Shown here in pieces: positions 26,103 through 30,752 of a DNA stretch of 30,752 nucleotides. The DNA lies in assembly GCA_035646995.1 (NCBI GenBank), contig DASROG010000569.1, positions 1-30,752 on the forward strand, in the 5' to 3' direction. The notes beneath the pieces are model-generated. The model did not search any database and was not told the DNA's origin. It was given only the letters and a program-made list of their open reading frames with translations. Source of the stretch: Myxococcaceae bacterium. GTDB taxonomy: Bacteria > Myxococcota > Myxococcia > Myxococcales > Myxococcaceae. The stretch's first letter is position 1; each line of letters begins with the position of its first letter. Both the position numbers and the translations under genes were made by a program.

Positions 26103-27416
26103 TCAGCGCCGCGCGGCCTCGGTCAGCGCCCGGTGGACGCTCTCCAGCGCCTTCCGGGCCTCGAGCAGCTCGGTGCGCTCGGCGGTGAGATCCGCCACCT
26201 GACGGGCGAGCGTGTCTCGCTCGACGCTCAGCACCTCGACGCTCTTGCGCAGCTGCACCCCGTCGTCGCGGAAGCGCTCCAGCTCTCCTGCCAGCCGCTC
26301 CTCCTCGGAGAGGCTGTCGGCGAGCTCCGCATCCTTCCGTGTCAGATCGGCCGCCAGGCGCTCGCGCTGCTCCCGCTCGGCTAGGGCCTGCGTCCGCGCC
26401 TCCTGGACCGCGAGCAGCGCCTCGTCCCGCTCGCCCTCCACCGACTGGAGCTCGCGTTCCAGCTCGGACAGTAAACCCGCCCGCTCCTCCATCTGCGCGA
26501 CGAGCCGGCGTGCCTCCTCCACCCGTCCGCGGGCCTCCTCGGTCGCGCGCTCGGCAGAGCGGCGGGCCACGTCGAGGTCGTGCTGGAGCGCGGCGTTGTG
26601 CTGCTTCACCTGGGTGAGCTCGGCCTGGAGGTGGGCGATGCGCTCCACGGCGAGCACGCCGGCCGCGGCCACGCTGGTGGGCAACGGCTCGGGACGCGGG
26701 TGCTCGCGCACCGTGCGGAGACGCTCCCGGAGACGCTCGCGGCGCGCGGCGGTGTCGTCGACAGCGTCCGGCGGCGCCGCCTGGCGCGCGACGGGGGCGA
26801 CGACCGTCTCGGCGCGCACCGTCGTCGACGGGCGGCCCGGAACCGCGGCGGCCGGCACGGAGACAGGCCCTGCCCCGGACGGGACAAGCCGGCGCTCGGG
26901 TGGCGCAGCGGGTGGCGCCGAGGAGCCCCGGCTCGCCGCGGACGGCGCGGAAGAGGTGGATGCACGCCCGTTCGGTCGCGCGTCGACCTCGGCCGGGCGA
27001 CGGGCGGACGGCGCAGGACCGGCGACGACCGGGGCGCGCGTGGACGCCGATCCGCTCGCCGCGGCCGCTCCCCGCACCTTGCCCCCGGCCGCCACGGTGA
27101 CCCGCTCCTCCTCCTGGAGGACCATTGGCTCGGCGGCGACCGCCGCCTCGCGCAGGGTCGCCTCGACCCGGCTCCGCGTGGAGACCTCCTCCGCATCCTC
27201 GGCGTCGCTCGCCCGCGACGCCGCGGCGAGCACCTCGCGCGCCGTGGGCGCCTCGACCTCGGCGGCTCGGGACTGGCCGGCCACCTGGGCAGCGACCTCG
27301 TACACCCAGTCCTCCTCCGTCCCCCGAGAGTCGGGAGCCACGGCGCCGGAGGGCGGACCACCGAGCTTCAGCCTCGGCTTGGCGCGGGACACGTTCTGAT
27401 CGAAGGCTTTCTTCAT
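26103..27416 (-). CDS. pomX: PomX, division-site positioning protein (ATPase-activating N-terminal peptide, disordered region, C-terminal coiled coil)
   Basis: N-terminus MKKAFDQNVSRAKPRLKL matches M. xanthus PomX as I recall it, including K13/R15. Ala/Pro-rich middle, long coiled coil, and located directly downstream of pomZ. Confidence 0.88.
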   Translation of the reverse strand: MKKAFDQNVSRAKPRLKLGGPPSGAVAPDSRGTEEDWVYEVAAQVAGQSRAAEVEAPTAREVLAAASRASDAEDAEEVSTRSRVEATLREAAVAAEPMVLQEEERVTVAAGGKVRGAAAASGSASTRAPVVAGPAPSARRPAEVDARPNGRASTSSAPSAASRGSSAPPAAPPERRLVPSGAGPVSVPAAAVPGRPSTTVRAETVVAPVARQAAPPDAVDDTAARRERLRERLRTVREHPRPEPLPTSVAAAGVLAVERIAHLQAELTQVKQHNAALQHDLDVARRSAERATEEARGRVEEARRLVAQMEERAGLLSELERELQSVEGERDEALLAVQEARTQALAEREQRERLAADLTRKDAELADSLSEEERLAGELERFRDDGVQLRKSVEVLSVERDTLARQVADLTAERTELLEARKALESVHRALTEAARR

Positions 27417-27426
27417 CGGCTCTCCC

Positions 27427-28380
27427 CTACCCCGCCCGCGCATCCGTGGCGGCCCTTACCCGTGACTGATCCAGCCGGTGCAGCACTTCCCGGAGGAACG
27501 CATCCACGTCGTGGGCGCCCTTCGAGTCCCGCTCGAAGATGAACACCGGCACGCCCTCGCTCGAGGCCTGGGCGAACTTCGTGCACTGCCGCACCAGGGT
27601 GGTCAGCAGGTATTCCGGGTAGTGCTCCCGCAGCGCGGCCAGGGCTTCCTTGGCCAGCTTGTAGGTCTGGTTGAACGCGTTGACGACGATGAACACGTGG
27701 TCGAGCACGTGGTTCAGGTCCTCTTCGAGGCTCTGCACCGTCTCGAAGAGCAGCTTCAGCCCGTGGAACGACAGGAAGTCGGGTAGCACCGGGACGAAGA
27801 GGTCCTGCGCCGCCATCAGCGCGTTCAGGTTCAGCAGCCCGAACGAGGGCGGCGCGTCGAACACCACCACGTCGTAGCGGTCGTCGATCTCCTCCACTGC
27901 CTTGCGGAGCTTGAACTCGCGGCCGGCCAGCGGCATCAGCGCCAGATCCACGGTGCTCATCCCCAGGTTGCTGGGGACGAAGTCGAGGTTGGGGAGCGGG
28001 GTGTGCTGGATGGCCTCGGACAGCGGTGCCTTGCGCACCAGCACGTGCAGCAGCGTCTTCTCGAAGTCCTCGCCCTCGTACCCGAGGCACTTCGTGGCGT
28101 GGCCCTGACTGTCCAGATCCACCAGCAGCACCGAGTAGCCCAGCTCCGCCAGGCGGTAGGCGTAGGACGTCGAGAGCGAGGTCTTGCCCGTCCCGCCCTT
28201 GAAGTTGAGGAACAGCTGCTTCCGGTGCCCGATCGGCCGCGGGTGGATCCGCAACGCCTTGCGCAGCGCCCAGAGGTCCTGGGCCGAGTAACTGTCCTGG
28301 GCCAGCGCAGACCGGAGCGACTTGGGCGGAATGCCGAGGAGCTCGGCCGTCGTCTTGGGGGTGTAGATGGGGAGATCCAT
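27427..28380 (-). CDS. pomZ: PomZ, ParA/MinD-family ATPase
   Basis: Deviant Walker A KGGTGKT, DLDSQGH, DAPP and RQCTKF. G62, K66, D90 and K268 fall at the positions of the characterised M. xanthus PomZ residues. Confidence 0.92.
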   Translation of the reverse strand: MDLPIYTPKTTAELLGIPPKSLRSALAQDSYSAQDLWALRKALRIHPRPIGHRKQLFLNFKGGTGKTSLSTSYAYRLAELGYSVLLVDLDSQGHATKCLGYEGEDFEKTLLHVLVRKAPLSEAIQHTPLPNLDFVPSNLGMSTVDLALMPLAGREFKLRKAVEEIDDRYDVVVFDAPPSFGLLNLNALMAAQDLFVPVLPDFLSFHGLKLLFETVQSLEEDLNHVLDHVFIVVNAFNQTYKLAKEALAALREHYPEYLLTTLVRQCTKFAQASSEGVPVFIFERDSKGAHDVDAFLREVLHRLDQSRVRAATDARAG

Positions 28381-28400
28381 CTCGTCAATCCTCGTGCTCG

Positions 28401-30131
28401 TCAGGCGACGAACAGCTTCGCCCCGCGCCGGACCACCTGCCCGCGCGCCGTGAGAAGTGCTGCGGCCTCGATCACCCGCTCGTCGGTGACGCCCAGCTGC
28501 GTGGCCAGGTCCAAAACCGTTCGGCCCCGCATCGAGGTGCGGAGCTCGGAGGTGATCTGGAGGCAGAGGGCCTCGTCGGCGTGGAGGCCGGCCGCGCCGT
28601 GGTCCCGGGCCGCGGGTCCGGGGGGGAGCGTCACCTGGATCGGGTCCGGCCCGGTGCGAGACGATGGTGCCGGGTCCTCGATCTCCGCGGGCATCTCGAA
28701 CCCCAAGGCCAACTCGCGCGGCTCGGCCTCCGGCTCGATGCGGGGCGGAGAACGTGTGGGCTGGCCGAGGGGCTTCGCGCGCTGCGCGAGCGGCACCGGA
28801 GGCACGGTCGCCAGCTGACGCACCTCGCGCCGCCGCTCCTCGTCGGAGAGGGTCGCGATGTGCCCCACGTCCATGCCCAGGAGGCCGGAGAGGCTCCGGG
28901 CGGCGGCGCGCCGGACCCCGAGGTCCGGATCCTCCAGCGCTCCGAGGAGCCGCGAGCGGGCCTGTTCGCCCCCGGCAGCGCCCGCGGCGAGGACCGCGAG
29001 CCGGCGGACCTCCGGATCCGGGTCCCGAGACACCTGCCGTTCGAGCTCGAGCATCCGCTCCGGGCCCAGCGACACCGCGAGGAGCGTCGTGCGGCGGCGG
29101 ACCGAGGCGTCCGCGTCGTGCGCCGCGTGCGACAGGTGCGCCGGGGCGGACTCCGGATCCAGATGGGTGATGGCCCGGAGCGCGGCGATGCGCACCACAG
29201 GCTCGGGCGCATTCAGGAGCGGCTGCACGACCGCGGCTCCCTCGCGGCTGGCCAGGGCGCGGAAGGCCTCCAGGAGCGCCACCAGCACCGTGTCGTCCCG
29301 CTCGGCGTGGAGAGCCACGGCGAGCGCCGGAGAGGCGGCGCGATCCCCGAGCGTGCGAAGGCGCTCGGCAGCCCGCGAGCGTGCGGACGGGTCGGGGCTG
29401 GACAGCTCGCGGATCGAAAAGCCGAACAGGCTCTCCTCCCCGAGCCGCGGGCTGGGCGGCACGGCGAGGCGGCCCTGCTCGAAGAGCCGCTCGGCCTCCC
29501 GGGTCACCGCGAGGAGGGTGGCCGCGGAGGACACTGACGGGGAGCCGGGCGGCGTGGAGACGCGCGGCGCCGGCGCCGGGCGGGCTGGGCCCCCTGGAAC
29601 GGGCGCGGCCGCCGGAGCGGAGGGCCCGTTTCGCGCCGCCTCGCTGTGCACCGCGACCGTCTCCAGGGCCTCGGCCCGCACCGGGTCCAGCGCCCCGGAC
29701 GGCGCGGATGGGCCGTCCAGTCGCCGCGCGGGGGCGGCCTCGAGCGCCGGGGCCCGCAGGGCGATCGCCTCGGCCCGGAGGTCGGAGATGAAGCCGGCGA
29801 GGTCGAAGTCGAGACCGGTCCCGTTCCCCTGGATCCGGGACGCCTCCAGGACCTTGCCCATCAGGCCGGCCCGCTCGGCGCGCATCGCGTCGAGCACCCG
29901 GGCGCCCTCCTCGCGGTCACGGTGCGCCCGGCCGAGCTCCACCTCCAGCTCGGCCACGCGGCGGCGAAGCTCGACCTCGCGGTGCGCGGCGGAGGCCAGG
30001 TCGGCGCGCAGGGCGTCCACCTCGGCCCGAAGGGTCGCCGCATCTGCCTGAAGCGTCTCCGAGCGTGCCTCGAAATAGACGATCTTCTCGAGCGCACTCC
30101 GGAGGAGCGCCTCTGCCCGTCCATCGCTCAC
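28401..30131 (-). CDS. pomY: PomY, coiled-coil/HEAT-repeat division protein
   Basis: N-terminal coiled coil (ALEKIVYFEAR...), Pro/Ala-rich linker, HEAT repeats (EPVVRIAAL, DASVRRR, DPEVRRLA, DLGVRRAAA) and a Pro-rich linker. Synteny with pomZ and pomX. Confidence 0.85.
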   Translation of the reverse strand: MSDGRAEALLRSALEKIVYFEARSETLQADAATLRAEVDALRADLASAAHREVELRRRVAELEVELGRAHRDREEGARVLDAMRAERAGLMGKVLEASRIQGNGTGLDFDLAGFISDLRAEAIALRAPALEAAPARRLDGPSAPSGALDPVRAEALETVAVHSEAARNGPSAPAAAPVPGGPARPAPAPRVSTPPGSPSVSSAATLLAVTREAERLFEQGRLAVPPSPRLGEESLFGFSIRELSSPDPSARSRAAERLRTLGDRAASPALAVALHAERDDTVLVALLEAFRALASREGAAVVQPLLNAPEPVVRIAALRAITHLDPESAPAHLSHAAHDADASVRRRTTLLAVSLGPERMLELERQVSRDPDPEVRRLAVLAAGAAGGEQARSRLLGALEDPDLGVRRAAARSLSGLLGMDVGHIATLSDEERRREVRQLATVPPVPLAQRAKPLGQPTRSPPRIEPEAEPRELALGFEMPAEIEDPAPSSRTGPDPIQVTLPPGPAARDHGAAGLHADEALCLQITSELRTSMRGRTVLDLATQLGVTDERVIEAAALLTARGQVVRRGAKLFVA

Positions 30132-30193
30132 CGGCCAGGCAGTGTACAGGGGTGATCCGTCGTCGCCAGTCTTGTGACACCTGCGACAGGGGG

Positions 30194-30752
30194 CTACCGG
30201 GCAGGCGTGGCCTGCTGGGGGGAAGCCTCAGGCATTCCGGGCCCCTGGGCCACGTTCCTCCCCGGGGTCGGGGGGGTCAGCGGCACGTACGCCTCGGCCA
30301 GGCTCACCGTGGTCTCGCCCACCCTCGGCGAGAGGCGCTCCGCCAGGTCACTGATGCCGTTGGCGAGATCGTTCTGGGCGGCCGCGGCCCGCCGGAGCTG
30401 CCGCTCGAGCTTGCCCATGTGCTCGTAGTGCTCGCGGTCCCGCGCGGCCTGGCCCTGCGCACTCCGGAGATCCAGGGCGAGCTCGGCGTTGGTTCGGAGA
30501 CCGTCCAGCACGCGCTCGACCAGCGCCTGCCCATCGGGGTCCAGGCCGCCCTTGGGGTACGCCTTGAGCCCGAACCGGCCGCCCACCCAGACCCGCCCCA
30601 GCTCGCCGAACCCTTCCGCCTGCCCCTCGGGGAGGTCCTCCAGGACCAGCGCCGGCGTGCTGCGGACCGGGAAGCTCGGCGACATCACCTCGAAGATCAG
30701 CGCACCGTCGCTCCGGGCCCGGGCGACCGCCACCGCCCCGTCGAAGGGGAAG
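30194..30752 (-). CDS. Hypothetical protein upstream of pomY (globular region, coiled coil, Pro-rich tail); 5' end outside the window
   Basis: The frame stays open to the window edge (FPFDGAVAVAR...). Amino-acid composition is protein-like, with a heptad segment. TAG at 30194-30196. Confidence 0.7.
   Translation of the reverse strand, partial: FPFDGAVAVARARSDGALIFEVMSPSFPVRSTPALVLEDLPEGQAEGFGELGRVWVGGRFGLKAYPKGGLDPDGQALVERVLDGLRTNAELALDLRSAQGQAARDREHYEHMGKLERQLRRAAAAQNDLANGISDLAERLSPRVGETTVSLAEAYVPLTPPTPGRNVAQGPGMPEASPQQATPAR

Overview
Very GC-rich, gene-dense chromosomal window from a myxobacterium, most likely Cystobacterineae-like: it ends in a clearly recognisable pomY-pomZ-pomX cell-division locus. 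No tRNA/rRNA, transposase, integrase or cas gene is visible. From left to right it encodes: a 5'-truncated M3 peptidase; a di-heme (DHOR/DUF1111-type) protein; an unknown lipoprotein; a small conserved coiled-coil protein; a GYD protein; a Zn alcohol dehydrogenase; a RapA-like SNF2 ATPase preceded by a cytochrome-c-like remnant; a secreted amidohydrolase with altered metal ligands; an ABC1/UbiB kinase; a DprE1/DprE2-like pair; an ArsR-type regulator with an SRPBCC protein and a DUF1440 protein; a divergent-clade membrane pyrophosphatase (hppA); a pseudo-zincin lipoprotein; a frameshifted alpha/beta hydrolase; RNase Z; a lipoprotein-CHASE2 adenylate cyclase-SH3-M48 peptidase cluster; pomXZY; and a 5'-truncated gene upstream of pomY. 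The best leads are (1) the CHASE2-cyclase/SH3/M48 envelope signalling module, (2) a riboswitch-like three-way-junction leader that can occlude the hppA RBS, (3) a bipartite palindromic intergenic element present twice, about 8.4 kb apart in opposite orientation, and (4) the cytochrome c remnant in frame with the helicase. All family assignments come from motif recognition by eye; no database search or folding program was run.
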